NCBI GenBank assembly: GCA_009779745.1
Contig: WRDR01000003.1
Location: forward strand, 18,544 to 82,543
Source: Alphaproteobacteria bacterium
GTDB taxonomy: Bacteria > Pseudomonadota > Alphaproteobacteria > UBA9219
Length of the DNA stretch: 64,000 nucleotides
Direction: 5' to 3'
Under the pieces are notes generated by a model. The model was not told the DNA's origin. It ran no database searches and saw nothing but the letters and a program-made list of their open reading frames with translations. Of the stretch, positions 9,165-18,152 are shown in pieces (the stretch's first letter is position 1; the number at the start of each line of letters is the position of its first letter). The position numbers and the translations under genes were made by a program.

Positions 9165-10199
9165 ATGGAAAACACCAAAAAAGTTGCCTTGATAGGAAAC
9201 GAGATGCAAGATCTTACAGTTCATCTGAAAAGTGAAGAAGCTGTGGATTTTATAAACTCCCGGCTTGAAAGCATTAATCCTTTGCTTCCTAAGCTGACTC
9301 TCGATGGCGGTCAAATTGATAATAATCCTGAACTGCACGCTGTACTGAACAAAATTATCTGGAATTATTTCGATAACGCGTACTTCGCTCCCGGAGGCTC
9401 TTGTTATAACACTGAACAGGCTTTCAAGGTTGCGGCTGAAGCATTGTGCGGGGAAAAAGCGGCAAAGAGATTACTGACTAACCACATTGCTACTGCCGAT
9501 GTAGATGCTGTAGTCATTAACCTGCCTAACGGAGAAAAGTTCTTATGCAAGCATCAGACAGTCCCTGATGTTGCGCTAACGGAAGAGCAAAAAGCATGGC
9601 TGGCTGACAGCAATGTTTTATACTGGCCTCTTTCTACGGCGAATAATTTTTCTGCAATGTTAACGGAGGCCATAGACACTTTCGAAAATGTTAAAAAGGC
9701 AGGTGCCGAGATTATTGCAACTTTTCACGGAGCAACATCAACTCCTGTTAAAAACTGGGATTTGATGATGAAGGCGACTATTTGGATTGGTAATGAAAAA
9801 GAAATCGGTTTGTGTGAAGAACACACAGATTTGATGTGTGCGAAGTTTCTTGAGAAAGGCGGAATGATAATTGAGACCCTTGGAGAACATGGACTTAACA
9901 TCATAACAAAAAATACCGTCAGAAACTATCCTGCTCTTAAGGTGCAGGATGTACTCAGTACTGCTGGCTGCGGCAATGGTGTCGAGGCTGCTGCTATGTT
10001 GCGTGTCTTAAGCAATCCGACTAAAGTAAGTTTAGATGAATTTGCTGCTGCGATGACAGCTATGGGCGGTGTTATTGCAGGCATTAAGGAAACAACCATA
10101 ACGAAAGAACAAGTTCCTGATGTGCTGAAGGCATATGATCACCAGCTGCAAGTCATTAAGAATCGCAGTGCCGAAGCTGCTCCTGCCCCTGCGGGCTAG
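9165..10199 (+). CDS. PfkB/ribokinase-fold protein with degenerate catalytic motifs
   Basis: 344 aa. It keeps N-terminal GGSCYN (GG motif), IGNEKEI (NExE-like) and TLGEHG. The C-terminal signature reads STAGCGNG where DTxGAGD is expected. Confidence 0.4.
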   Translation: MENTKKVALIGNEMQDLTVHLKSEEAVDFINSRLESINPLLPKLTLDGGQIDNNPELHAVLNKIIWNYFDNAYFAPGGSCYNTEQAFKVAAEALCGEKAAKRLLTNHIATADVDAVVINLPNGEKFLCKHQTVPDVALTEEQKAWLADSNVLYWPLSTANNFSAMLTEAIDTFENVKKAGAEIIATFHGATSTPVKNWDLMMKATIWIGNEKEIGLCEEHTDLMCAKFLEKGGMIIETLGEHGLNIITKNTVRNYPALKVQDVLSTAGCGNGVEAAAMLRVLSNPTKVSLDEFAAAMTAMGGVIAGIKETTITKEQVPDVLKAYDHQLQVIKNRSAEAAPAPAG

Positions 10200-10260
10200 G
10201 ATATGTGTTCTAAAGTCTTAATGTGTGCTTGTTCATAGTATCCTTTGGAAAACAAGGAAG

Positions 10261-11025
10261 TTAAAGCATAAACTGTTCTTTTATGATGCGGTCGTCCAGA
10301 GGCTCGTCCGGGTCAAACAGCAGTTTCAGCTCTTTAGTTTTATCCATAAAAATACGAGCCTTCGCCGCATTGCGCAGAATACTGCCGGCAGATTCTATTT
10401 TTATAGGACGTTTTTGTATTTCTAATACTTCTATTTCTATCATAGCGCTTTGAGGCAGGACTGCGTAAGACCAGCCTCTGGGCTTTGACACGGAAATGCC
10501 TGTAATAATCAGAGTATTTGCATTTACTGGCATAATAGGACCGCTGCAAGAGCGGTTATATGCCGTGCTGCCCGTAGGAGTGGATACCAGAACGCCGTCT
10601 CCTACGAGTCTTTCAAGGCACAGTTTGTTATCAATAGTTATGCGCAGCTTGGCTGCCTGAGGAGTTTGTCTCAAAAGAGATATTTCATTGATAGATAAAG
10701 ATGAGACCGTATTGCAGTCCATCATCTCGGCTTCTAAGCGCAGAGGGTTGATAGTAAGAGTTATCGCATTAGAGATTCTGGTCTCCAACTCTCTGGTAAT
10801 GTCAAAGGAGTTGCATAAAAAGCCGACTGACTCTGTTCTCCGCATACCGAAAACCGGCTTGTTTAATTTGAATGATTCGTACATGGACGCAAGCACGTGA
10901 CCGTCTCCGCCGATCGACACGATGACGTCAGCCTCTTCGGGAGAGTGCTGTTTATACAGCTCTGTCAGTCTTTTGAAAGCGTGCTGAGCTATATCGGAAG
11001 GGCTTGCTGTGAAGTATAGTTTCAT
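10261..11025 (-). CDS. nadK: NAD(+) kinase
   Basis: 254 aa with IVSIGGDGHVL (GGDG) and GDGVLVSTPTGSTAYNRSCSGPI motifs. Confidence 0.9.
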   Translation of the reverse strand: MKLYFTASPSDIAQHAFKRLTELYKQHSPEEADVIVSIGGDGHVLASMYESFKLNKPVFGMRRTESVGFLCNSFDITRELETRISNAITLTINPLRLEAEMMDCNTVSSLSINEISLLRQTPQAAKLRITIDNKLCLERLVGDGVLVSTPTGSTAYNRSCSGPIMPVNANTLIITGISVSKPRGWSYAVLPQSAMIEIEVLEIQKRPIKIESAGSILRNAAKARIFMDKTKELKLLFDPDEPLDDRIIKEQFML

Positions 11026-11047
11026 TTTTCTATTTTGTGCTTTGATT

Positions 11048-11063
11048 TTAATAGTCTCTTAAC
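11048..11063. promoter_or_regulatory. Candidate CtrA box (TTAA-N7-TTAAC) between nadK and chpT
   Basis: TTAATAGTCTCTTAAC read directly, a full consensus. It lies 69 nt upstream of the chpT ATG and 23 nt upstream of the divergent nadK ATG. Confidence 0.35.
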
Positions 11064-11131
11064 GAGACGCTAATAATCATATAACGGGCAGCTTCTCTTG
11101 TCTATAACTCTCTTACTGTTTTGGTGTTGCA

Positions 11132-11773
11132 ATGCAAATAGATATACGAATACTGGAATTATTATCTTCCAGACTTTGCCATGATTTAGTAAGCCCCGTA
11201 AGTGCTATTAATAACGGAGTAGAGCTAATATCCGATATTGGCGAAGCCGTTACGCAGGAGGCTATGAAGCTAATCAGCGACAGCGGCATAAAGGCATCCA
11301 GAAGGTTAAAGTGCTATAGAGTAGCCTATGGAAGGGCCGGCAGCGAGTCCCCTCTTAGCCTCAGAGACGTGCGTCAGATCATGGAGCAGTATTTATCGGA
11401 CGGAAAAATATCCATAGTATGGACAGATGATGCTGTTGCAACTGAACTTGAAGACGCAAAAGGCTATTTAAAGACTTTGGTTAATGTGATCCTTCTGGCG
11501 GAAGAGGCTCTGCCTTACGGCGGTACTATACATCTGAGGAAGGTGGCTGCTAAAGCTCCGTTAGGCTGCTGTATAGAAGCCTCCGGAAAAAGTGCGTCCC
11601 TGAATCTGAAAACTCAAGAGGCCTTAGACGGTACCGCTCAAGTAGACGAAGTATCCTCCAGAACTGTACATGCGTATATTACCGGCAAGTTCGTAGAATG
11701 TTTTGGGTTCAAAATTTCTTACGAACATACTTCTAACGACAGTCTTGTTATTACTTTGTTAACTATAAATTAG
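11132..11773 (+). CDS. chpT: Histidine phosphotransferase ChpT
   Basis: 213 aa. LSSRLCHDLVSPVSAINNGVELI (phospho-His region), CYRVAYGRAG and EEALPYGGTI match the ChpT family (LAARLCHDFISPASAI...FTRVAFG...ALPAGG in Caulobacter). Confidence 0.8.
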   Translation: MQIDIRILELLSSRLCHDLVSPVSAINNGVELISDIGEAVTQEAMKLISDSGIKASRRLKCYRVAYGRAGSESPLSLRDVRQIMEQYLSDGKISIVWTDDAVATELEDAKGYLKTLVNVILLAEEALPYGGTIHLRKVAAKAPLGCCIEASGKSASLNLKTQEALDGTAQVDEVSSRTVHAYITGKFVECFGFKISYEHTSNDSLVITLLTIN

Positions 11774-11844
11774 TCGACTATTAAGAACGAATCTTTTAAT
11801 GTAAATGCGTATGTGTGGTGCATCGAAATTGAGGTATTTTTACT

Positions 11845-14604
11845 ATGGACGATCTTTTAAGCGAATTTCTAACAGAAACTGCGGAAAATCTGGCAACGCT
11901 GGACGTGGATTTGGTTAATTTGGAAAAAAATCCTGAAGACCCGGAGCTGCTCAGTTCTATTTTCAGGCTTGTTCATACTGTCAAGGGAACTTGCGGTTTC
12001 GTAGGCTTGCCCAGGCTGGAAAAGCTGGCTCATGTCGGCGAGAATATATTGGGTAAATTCAGAGATAACGAATTAAAGGTTACTCCTGCCGCCGTAGATT
12101 TAATATTGGCGTGTATCGACAGGATTAAGTTTCTGCTTCAGTATCTGGAAGCAAACCAAAAAGAGTGTCCGGACGGAGACGATTTGGAATTAATCAATGC
12201 TTTGAATGCGTGCGCTAGGGGCGAGAATGTCGAATCTCCTAAACCTCCTCCCGCAGCAGAGGCTGCGGTTGTTGCGGAGGCTCCTGCAAACGCTGCAGAT
12301 GAGCCTGATGAGTTTGGTTTTGTTCCGGTAAAGGCAGGAGATGTAGGCACTTTAGAGGCTAATATGAGTTCGGCTCCTGTTCATGCTGATGCCCCTGTAA
12401 TTGCCGAAGAAGACGGCGGTACAGAGGGTGTTGTACAGGAGGCTGGTGCAAATACTCAGAAAAATAACGGAGGAGCTGTTGTGCCGACAAGCAGTGCCAA
12501 CAAAGAAGAGGCTTCCAAGGCAGTTGCCGCTACCTCTATTGCAGATCAATCTATACGCGTAAACGTCAATCAGATTGAACAGCTCATGACTACGGTCAGT
12601 GAACTGGTTCTTACCAGAAATCAGCTTCTCCAGATTTTAAGAAATCAGAGAGACAGTGCTTTCTCATCTCCGCTCCAAAGATTGAATCAGGTTACTGTCG
12701 AGCTGCAGGAAGGCGTGATGAAAACCAGAATGCAGCCTATAGGCAATGCGTGGTCTAAGCTGCCCAGACTAATCCGTGATTTGGCAAGAGAACTGAATAA
12801 GAAAATAGAGCTTCAGATGCTTGGGGCTGATACTGAACTGGACAGGCAGGTACTGGAACTTATCAAAGACCCGTTGACGCATATGGTGCGGAATTCTGCG
12901 GACCACGGCATAGAGCTGCCTAGGGAGAGGCTTGCTGCCGGCAAGCCGGAAACCGGCATTATAACTTTGAACGCTTTTCATGAAGGCGGGCACATAGTTA
13001 TTGAAATCATAGATGACGGTAAGGGACTGCCTGTAAATAAGATTAAGAGTAAGATTATAGAAAGAGGGCTGGCGACTAAAGAAGCAGTTGATGCTATGTC
13101 CGAGCAGCAGATTCTTCAGCACGTTTTTAAGGCCGGTTTTTCTACAGCCGAAAGGGTTACTGCCGTGTCCGGGCGCGGCGTGGGCATGGACGTTGTCCGC
13201 ACTAACATAGAGAAAATAGGCGGAACTATAGATTTTAAATCCGTAGAGGGAAAAGGGTCTTCGTTCTCTATTAAGATACCTCTTACTCTGGCGATAGTTG
13301 CGGCATTGATAGTGCAAAGCGGAAATGAAAGATTTGCCATACCTCAGATTAATGTTGTAGAGCTGGTGCAGGCTTCCGGAGAGACTGAACACAGGGTAGA
13401 GCTTATCAATGATACGCCTGTATTGAGGCTGCGCAATAAGCTGCTGCCTTTGATTTCGCTGAAGAAGATTTTGAAGCTGGGAGATGCTGAGATAAAACAG
13501 GATAGCGAGGTATTTATTGTTGTTGTTCAGGTAGGCAGTTCTGCAGTGGGAATCATTGTAGATCAAGTATATGATATGGAAGAGATAGTTGTAAAACCCG
13601 TATCTCCCATACTGCGGTCTATAGAAGTGTTTTCCGGTAATACTATACTGGGTGACGGAGACGTGATTATGATATTGGATTTGAACAATATTGTAATGCA
13701 CGCCGGGAATGTTGAAAATCATGCTGCGGAGCGGTCTATGTCGTCTGCGGTTCATGCTTCCAGCGGTTCTAAGGCGCAGTCGCTGCTGGTATTCAAGGCA
13801 GGCGATGATGCTCAGAAGGCAGTGCCGCTGGCCTTGGTTGCCAGACTTGAAGAGATTAATGTCAAGGATATAGAGTTTTCCGGCAAGTCTCCTATGGTGC
13901 AGTACCGCGGTAAGTTAATGCCTCTGGTAAAGATTGTGGACGGTAGTGATTTTGCTAAAGAGGGGCGGCTTGAAGTACTGGTTTTTGCCGATCAAGACAA
14001 GCACATGGGGCTTATAGTTGATGAGATACTCGATATTGTGGAAAGCAAACTTAATATAGATTTATCTGCACATAGACCGGGAGTATTAGGTACTGCTATC
14101 ATATCTGAAAAGGCGACTGACATCGTAGATGCTGCGTATTATCTGTCGCAGGCGTTCAGCGATTGGTTTGATGTGGCGAGTTCTGATTTCAGGAAAGGCG
14201 AGATAAAAAGAGTTCTCTTAGTGGACGATAGTCCTTTCTTCAGGAATCTGCTTACACCGTTATTAACGGTTGCGGGTTTTGATGTTATTGCGGTAAATAG
14301 TGCTCCTGATGCTTTGAAGCTGCAGGAAGAGGGGGCTGAGTTTGATGCCATAATCAGTGATATAGAGATGCCTGAGATGACCGGGTTTGAGTTTATATCC
14401 CGTATAAGAGAAAACGTTGACTGCAGATGGCATAATTTGCCTATATTTGCGATGTCATCTCATTCTACGCCTACCGATATTGAAAAAGGTATGCGTTTAG
14501 GATTTACCGATTATGTTGCAAAGTTTGACCGTGAGAAATTGATTGCGGTTCTATCTGAGCCGTTCAGAAAAAATTCTAAGTTACAAAATGCTGGAGGTCT
14601 TTAA
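11845..14604 (+). CDS. cheA: Chemotaxis histidine kinase CheA with two CheW-like domains and a C-terminal receiver domain
   Basis: 919 aa. The domains in order:
- Hpt (RLVHTVKGTCGF).
- Ala/Pro-rich linker.
- Dimerisation and HATPase domains (DPLTHMVRNSADHG, DDGKG, GRGVGMDVV).
- Two P5/CheW-like segments.
- REC (VLLVDDSPFFR...ISDIEMPEMTG...K). Confidence 0.95.
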   Translation: MDDLLSEFLTETAENLATLDVDLVNLEKNPEDPELLSSIFRLVHTVKGTCGFVGLPRLEKLAHVGENILGKFRDNELKVTPAAVDLILACIDRIKFLLQYLEANQKECPDGDDLELINALNACARGENVESPKPPPAAEAAVVAEAPANAADEPDEFGFVPVKAGDVGTLEANMSSAPVHADAPVIAEEDGGTEGVVQEAGANTQKNNGGAVVPTSSANKEEASKAVAATSIADQSIRVNVNQIEQLMTTVSELVLTRNQLLQILRNQRDSAFSSPLQRLNQVTVELQEGVMKTRMQPIGNAWSKLPRLIRDLARELNKKIELQMLGADTELDRQVLELIKDPLTHMVRNSADHGIELPRERLAAGKPETGIITLNAFHEGGHIVIEIIDDGKGLPVNKIKSKIIERGLATKEAVDAMSEQQILQHVFKAGFSTAERVTAVSGRGVGMDVVRTNIEKIGGTIDFKSVEGKGSSFSIKIPLTLAIVAALIVQSGNERFAIPQINVVELVQASGETEHRVELINDTPVLRLRNKLLPLISLKKILKLGDAEIKQDSEVFIVVVQVGSSAVGIIVDQVYDMEEIVVKPVSPILRSIEVFSGNTILGDGDVIMILDLNNIVMHAGNVENHAAERSMSSAVHASSGSKAQSLLVFKAGDDAQKAVPLALVARLEEINVKDIEFSGKSPMVQYRGKLMPLVKIVDGSDFAKEGRLEVLVFADQDKHMGLIVDEILDIVESKLNIDLSAHRPGVLGTAIISEKATDIVDAAYYLSQAFSDWFDVASSDFRKGEIKRVLLVDDSPFFRNLLTPLLTVAGFDVIAVNSAPDALKLQEEGAEFDAIISDIEMPEMTGFEFISRIRENVDCRWHNLPIFAMSSHSTPTDIEKGMRLGFTDYVAKFDREKLIAVLSEPFRKNSKLQNAGGL

Positions 14605-15095
14605 TGAGTTCTGTTTCCTCTTCTGAAAAAGGTGCTTCTGTTATATCTTTGGATAATATGAGTGCGGGGGTTTCTGATACAGACATGTTTGTGACGATGA
14701 GTATTGCAAATCAGAGGTTTGGCATACCTGTTTTGAAAGTCAGAGATGTGTTAAGGTCTCCAAAAATTACTCATGTGCCTCTGGCACCGGTCGAAGTCGT
14801 GGGCTCCTTGAACTTGCGCGGCAGGATTGTTACAGCCATAGACGTACGTAAGCGTATGGGACTGTCTAAATTCGAAGATGAGGATAAGTCTATGAGTATT
14901 GTGGTTGAACATGACGGAGAGCTGTACAGTCTTATTGTAGATACGATAGGCGATGTCATGAGGCTGCCTAATGCTGACTTTGAGAGAAACCCTTCTACGT
15001 TGGATCCTGTGTGGAGAGGTGTCTCGGACGGTATTTATAGGCTTGAAAATGACTTACTTATAGTGCTATCTGTGGAGAGACTGCTTGATATTTAA
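14604..15095 (+). CDS. cheW: Chemotaxis coupling protein CheW
   Basis: 163 aa. FGIPVLKVRDVL...NLRGRIVTAIDVRKR...VVE..GELYSLIVDTIGDV is a typical CheW pattern. Start overlaps the cheA stop (TAATG). Confidence 0.9.
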   Translation: MSSVSSSEKGASVISLDNMSAGVSDTDMFVTMSIANQRFGIPVLKVRDVLRSPKITHVPLAPVEVVGSLNLRGRIVTAIDVRKRMGLSKFEDEDKSMSIVVEHDGELYSLIVDTIGDVMRLPNADFERNPSTLDPVWRGVSDGIYRLENDLLIVLSVERLLDI

Positions 15096-15148
15096 TTAGG
15101 AATTAGGAGTTAGGAATTGACTATAATTCCTCATTCCTCATTCCTAAT
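15096..15148. repeat. Heptad-built imperfect inverted repeat (TTAGGAA TTAGGAG TTAGGAA ... ATTCCTC ATTCCTC ATTCCTA) between cheW and cheY
   Basis: Read directly. Two 23-nt arms with 3 mismatches and a 7-nt loop, starting immediately after the cheW stop. Confidence 0.8.
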
Positions 15149-15167
15149 TATATAAAAGGAATCTAAA

Positions 15168-15533
15168 ATGAAAACTTGTCTTATCGTAGACGATAGCCGT
15201 GTCATTAGAAAAGTTGCCAGGCAAATATTAGAAACCTTAGGATATACTTGTACTGAGGCAGAGAACGGAAAAACTGCTATGGACGCCTGCATAAACAGTC
15301 TTCCGGATCTTGTGTTGTTGGATTGGAACATGCCTGTTATGGACGGGTACGAATTTCTTGTAGAGCTTAGAAAAATGCACGAAGGCAATAAGCCCGCTGT
15401 TGTATTCTGCACTACGGAAAATAATATTGAGCGTATCAAGAAGGCTATGTCCGGCGGTGCTAATGAATATGTGATGAAGCCTTTTGATTTAGATATTATT
15501 AAAAGCAAACTAGAACAGCTTGGGCTTTTATAA
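15168..15533 (+). CDS. cheY: Chemotaxis response regulator CheY
   Basis: 121 aa single REC domain with DDS, DWNMPVMDG and the conserved K (VMKPF). Confidence 0.9.
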   Translation: MKTCLIVDDSRVIRKVARQILETLGYTCTEAENGKTAMDACINSLPDLVLLDWNMPVMDGYEFLVELRKMHEGNKPAVVFCTTENNIERIKKAMSGGANEYVMKPFDLDIIKSKLEQLGLL

Positions 15534-16660
15534 TGTCTGATATTTCCTCTCCAATTCGGGTTCTTATTGTAGACGATTCCATTGTGATACGGGGCTTTAT
15601 CGTTCGTATTTTGGAGCAGGATTCTATTTTCAGCGTAGCTGCGACAGCGTCCAACGGGCTTAAAGCGATTGAATTTTTAAAAAATAATACGGTAGATGTC
15701 ATAATTCTTGATATAGAAATGCCTGTTATGGACGGGCTGGAAGCCATACCTAAGATTAAAGAGCTGGATTCTTTTGCACAGATTGTTATGGCATCTACTT
15801 TGACGCAAAAGAATGCTGAGATCAGTATAAAGGCTTTGTCATTAGGTGCTACTGATTACATACCCAAGCCTTCTTCTTTGGAAATTTCTCATGTCACTGA
15901 TTTTAAAAGAGAATTAAGAGATAAGGTTGAGGCTATAGGCAGAGCTGCTCAGGCTAAGCGCAGCAAGGCTTTGGAAATTGCAAAACAAAAAGACGTTGTT
16001 GTGAGGAGAGATGCTTCCGCTGTTCCTGTTTTTAAGACCGGAAAAGATATAGTATTACGGCCGATGTCTCCTTTATTTGTGCCTTCCGTTATTGCAGTAG
16101 GTTCTTCTACAGGAGGACCTCAGGCTGTTCTCGAACTTATCAAATCTATTCATCAGTCTATAAGACAGCCGGTTGTTATTACTCAGCATATGCCTCCTTC
16201 TTTTACTACGATTTTTGCCGACAATATCAAGAAACAGTTTTCTGTGAACTGCTGCGAGGCTCAGGACGGGCAGGTGCTTGAGGCCGGGGGATATTATGTT
16301 GCGCCCGGGGATTATCATATGCTTTTTGTTAAACAACAGTCTAACGTTGTTATAAAGCTGACTAAGGATCCTAAGGAGAATTTTTGCAGACCTGCTGTGG
16401 ATCCTATGATTCGTTCTTTGGTATCTGTGTTCGGATCTAAGGTATTGGCTGTTATTTTAACCGGCATGGGGTATGACGGTCTTAAAGGATCTCAGGTTCT
16501 TGCAGATGCCGGCGGAGTTGTTATCTCTCAAGATGAGGCTTCCAGCGTTGTTTGGGGAATGCCGGGTGCCGTGGCTGGGGCAGGTCTTTCTTCTGCTGTG
16601 CTGCCGCTGAACGATTTGGGGCGCATGTTAATCAAGATAGCGAAAGGAGGTCAAAAATGA
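15533..16660 (+). CDS. cheB: Protein-glutamate methylesterase CheB
   Basis: 375 aa. REC domain plus a CheB catalytic domain (GSSTGGPQA, HMPPSFT, DGQVLEAG, GMGYDG, SVVWGMPG). Confidence 0.95.
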   Translation: MSDISSPIRVLIVDDSIVIRGFIVRILEQDSIFSVAATASNGLKAIEFLKNNTVDVIILDIEMPVMDGLEAIPKIKELDSFAQIVMASTLTQKNAEISIKALSLGATDYIPKPSSLEISHVTDFKRELRDKVEAIGRAAQAKRSKALEIAKQKDVVVRRDASAVPVFKTGKDIVLRPMSPLFVPSVIAVGSSTGGPQAVLELIKSIHQSIRQPVVITQHMPPSFTTIFADNIKKQFSVNCCEAQDGQVLEAGGYYVAPGDYHMLFVKQQSNVVIKLTKDPKENFCRPAVDPMIRSLVSVFGSKVLAVILTGMGYDGLKGSQVLADAGGVVISQDEASSVVWGMPGAVAGAGLSSAVLPLNDLGRMLIKIAKGGQK

Positions 16661-17463
16661 AGCAAGAAGATTTTGATCTTTTTTCTACTCTTGTATATAA
16701 ACGCTCCGGCATAGTTTTATCTAAGGAAAAAACGTACTTGCTGGAAGCAAGACTGACATCTGTGGCTAGAAAGTATAATTTGGCTTCTATTGAGGAGCTG
16801 GCTAAGGTATTCAGAGAGATGCGCAAAGAAGAAATAGCTTTTGATATTACTGAGGCTATGACTACGAATGAGTCTTTTTTCTTTAGGGATCAAAAACCTT
16901 TTACTATTCTTAAAAATGTTATACTGCCTTATATGATGAATGCCAGACAGAGTACTAAGAGGATACGGATTTGGTCTGCTGCTTCTTCCGGCGGGCAGGA
17001 GGCTTATTCTATCGCTATTGTTTGTCAGGAGATTGCGGCAGCGGGTTGGAATTTTGAGATTATAGGAACTGATTTATCTAGGGAAATGGTTATCAAGGCT
17101 AAGTCCGGTATTTACTCTCAGTTTGAAGTTCAAAGAGGATTGCCTGTTAATATACTGGTTAAATATTTTACTCAAGTGTCCGGGGACAAGTGGCAGATTA
17201 ATCAAAACATTCGCAATATGGTTTCTTTTAAAGAAGCTAATCTTCTGTCGGATTCTTCGGGCATGGGGGTTTTTGACGTAGTGTTTTGCAGGAATGTTTT
17301 GATATATTTTGATGTGAAAACCAAGACTAGGGTTCTTTCGGATATTGCCAATATGACGGCTAAGGACGGGTACTTAATCTTGGGCGGAGCAGAAACTGTG
17401 ATGGGGATTTCCGATAAATTCAAGACGGCAGCTAATGAACGAGGGCTGTATGTGTTGACGTGA
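16657..17463 (+). CDS. cheR: Chemotaxis protein methyltransferase CheR
   Basis: The track ORF starts at 16552. I prefer the ATG at 16657 (MKQEDFDLF...), which overlaps the cheB stop (ATGA). Motifs TTNESFFFRD, IWSAASSGGQEAYSIA and VVFCRNVLIYFD. Confidence 0.9.
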   Translation: MKQEDFDLFSTLVYKRSGIVLSKEKTYLLEARLTSVARKYNLASIEELAKVFREMRKEEIAFDITEAMTTNESFFFRDQKPFTILKNVILPYMMNARQSTKRIRIWSAASSGGQEAYSIAIVCQEIAAAGWNFEIIGTDLSREMVIKAKSGIYSQFEVQRGLPVNILVKYFTQVSGDKWQINQNIRNMVSFKEANLLSDSSGMGVFDVVFCRNVLIYFDVKTKTRVLSDIANMTAKDGYLILGGAETVMGISDKFKTAANERGLYVLT

Positions 17464-17501
17464 AGCCTCGCCATAACATAGTGAATACGAGTGAGATGCG
17501 G

Positions 17502-17777
17502 CTAAAATAGGTCTGAATGCGTACCGGTTGCGGTTAGAACCAGTACCAGTATTCCGTGATTTATCTCGTATACAAGCAGCCAATCCGGTTCTATATGACA
17601 CTCACGCAACCTTTTATTATTTCCGACAAGAGGGTGATCTTTGTATTTTGCCGGCAAGCAGCCGTTCTCTGCAAGGAGTTCAATCGCCTTGTTGAGCTTG
17701 TCGATTTCCAGACCGCGTTTTATTGAGCGTTTATAATCCTTCTTGAATTGCGAGGTTCGCCGTACTTGATATTTCAT
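17502..17777 (-). CDS. yafQ: Type II toxin, YafQ (RelE superfamily) mRNA interferase
   Basis: 91 aa. YKDHPLVGN..RECHIEPDWLLVY...TGTHSDLF aligns with E. coli YafQ (YKDHPLQG..HVEPDWILIY..RTGTHAALF). Confidence 0.9.
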   Translation of the reverse strand: MKYQVRRTSQFKKDYKRSIKRGLEIDKLNKAIELLAENGCLPAKYKDHPLVGNNKRLRECHIEPDWLLVYEINHGILVLVLTATGTHSDLF

Positions 17778-18061
17778 ATTTTGTCGTCCGACTGCAAATC
17801 AGCAATTAAATCTTCCATATTTGTGAAAGATTTAGCGTTTGGGTCTCGCAGCAACTGTTCGGCTTCTGCTATTGCTGCCTTAGTAATTGCATTCGGCTTG
17901 CTGCGTACAACTTCAAAGGGGAATCCGCCTCGCATAAGAGACTGCCGCAGAAACACATTCACAGCGTCTGTTACAGTTAATCCTAAGCTGCTAAAAAGCC
18001 TTTCAACACTCGCTTTGACTTTAGGCTCTATTCTTACATTCAATACTGCTGTTCTAGGCAT
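17774..18061 (-). CDS. dinJ: Type II antitoxin, DinJ/RelB family
   Basis: I prefer the start at 18061 (MPRTAVLNVRIEPKVK...), which has an AAGGAG RBS 7 nt upstream. The RHH-type N-terminus is typical of DinJ. Stop overlaps the yafQ start (ATGA). Confidence 0.85.
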   Translation of the reverse strand: MPRTAVLNVRIEPKVKASVERLFSSLGLTVTDAVNVFLRQSLMRGGFPFEVVRSKPNAITKAAIAEAEQLLRDPNAKSFTNMEDLIADLQSDDKI

Positions 18062-18152
18062 GGCAGTCTCCTTAATTAGTGGCATTATATTACAATAGTA
18101 CCACAATACTCACACTTTTGCAATACATTTTTGAAAAAAATTTCCTCAAATA

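Noticed and set aside
12769-13755. 328-aa ORF on the minus strand inside cheA
   Set aside because: It is entirely antisense to a strongly supported cheA. Its composition is Y/N/R/I-rich with no motifs, which is typical of a shadow ORF.
16552-16656. N-terminal 35-aa extension of cheR (MGNAGCRGWGRSFFCC...)
   Set aside because: It overlaps the cheB 3' end in another frame. The ATG at 16657 gives a canonical CheR N-terminus and an ATGA overlap with cheB.
18062-18106. 15-aa extension of dinJ (MWYYCNIMPLIKETA)
   Set aside because: The internal ATG at 18061 has an AAGGAG RBS and gives the normal DinJ N-terminus.
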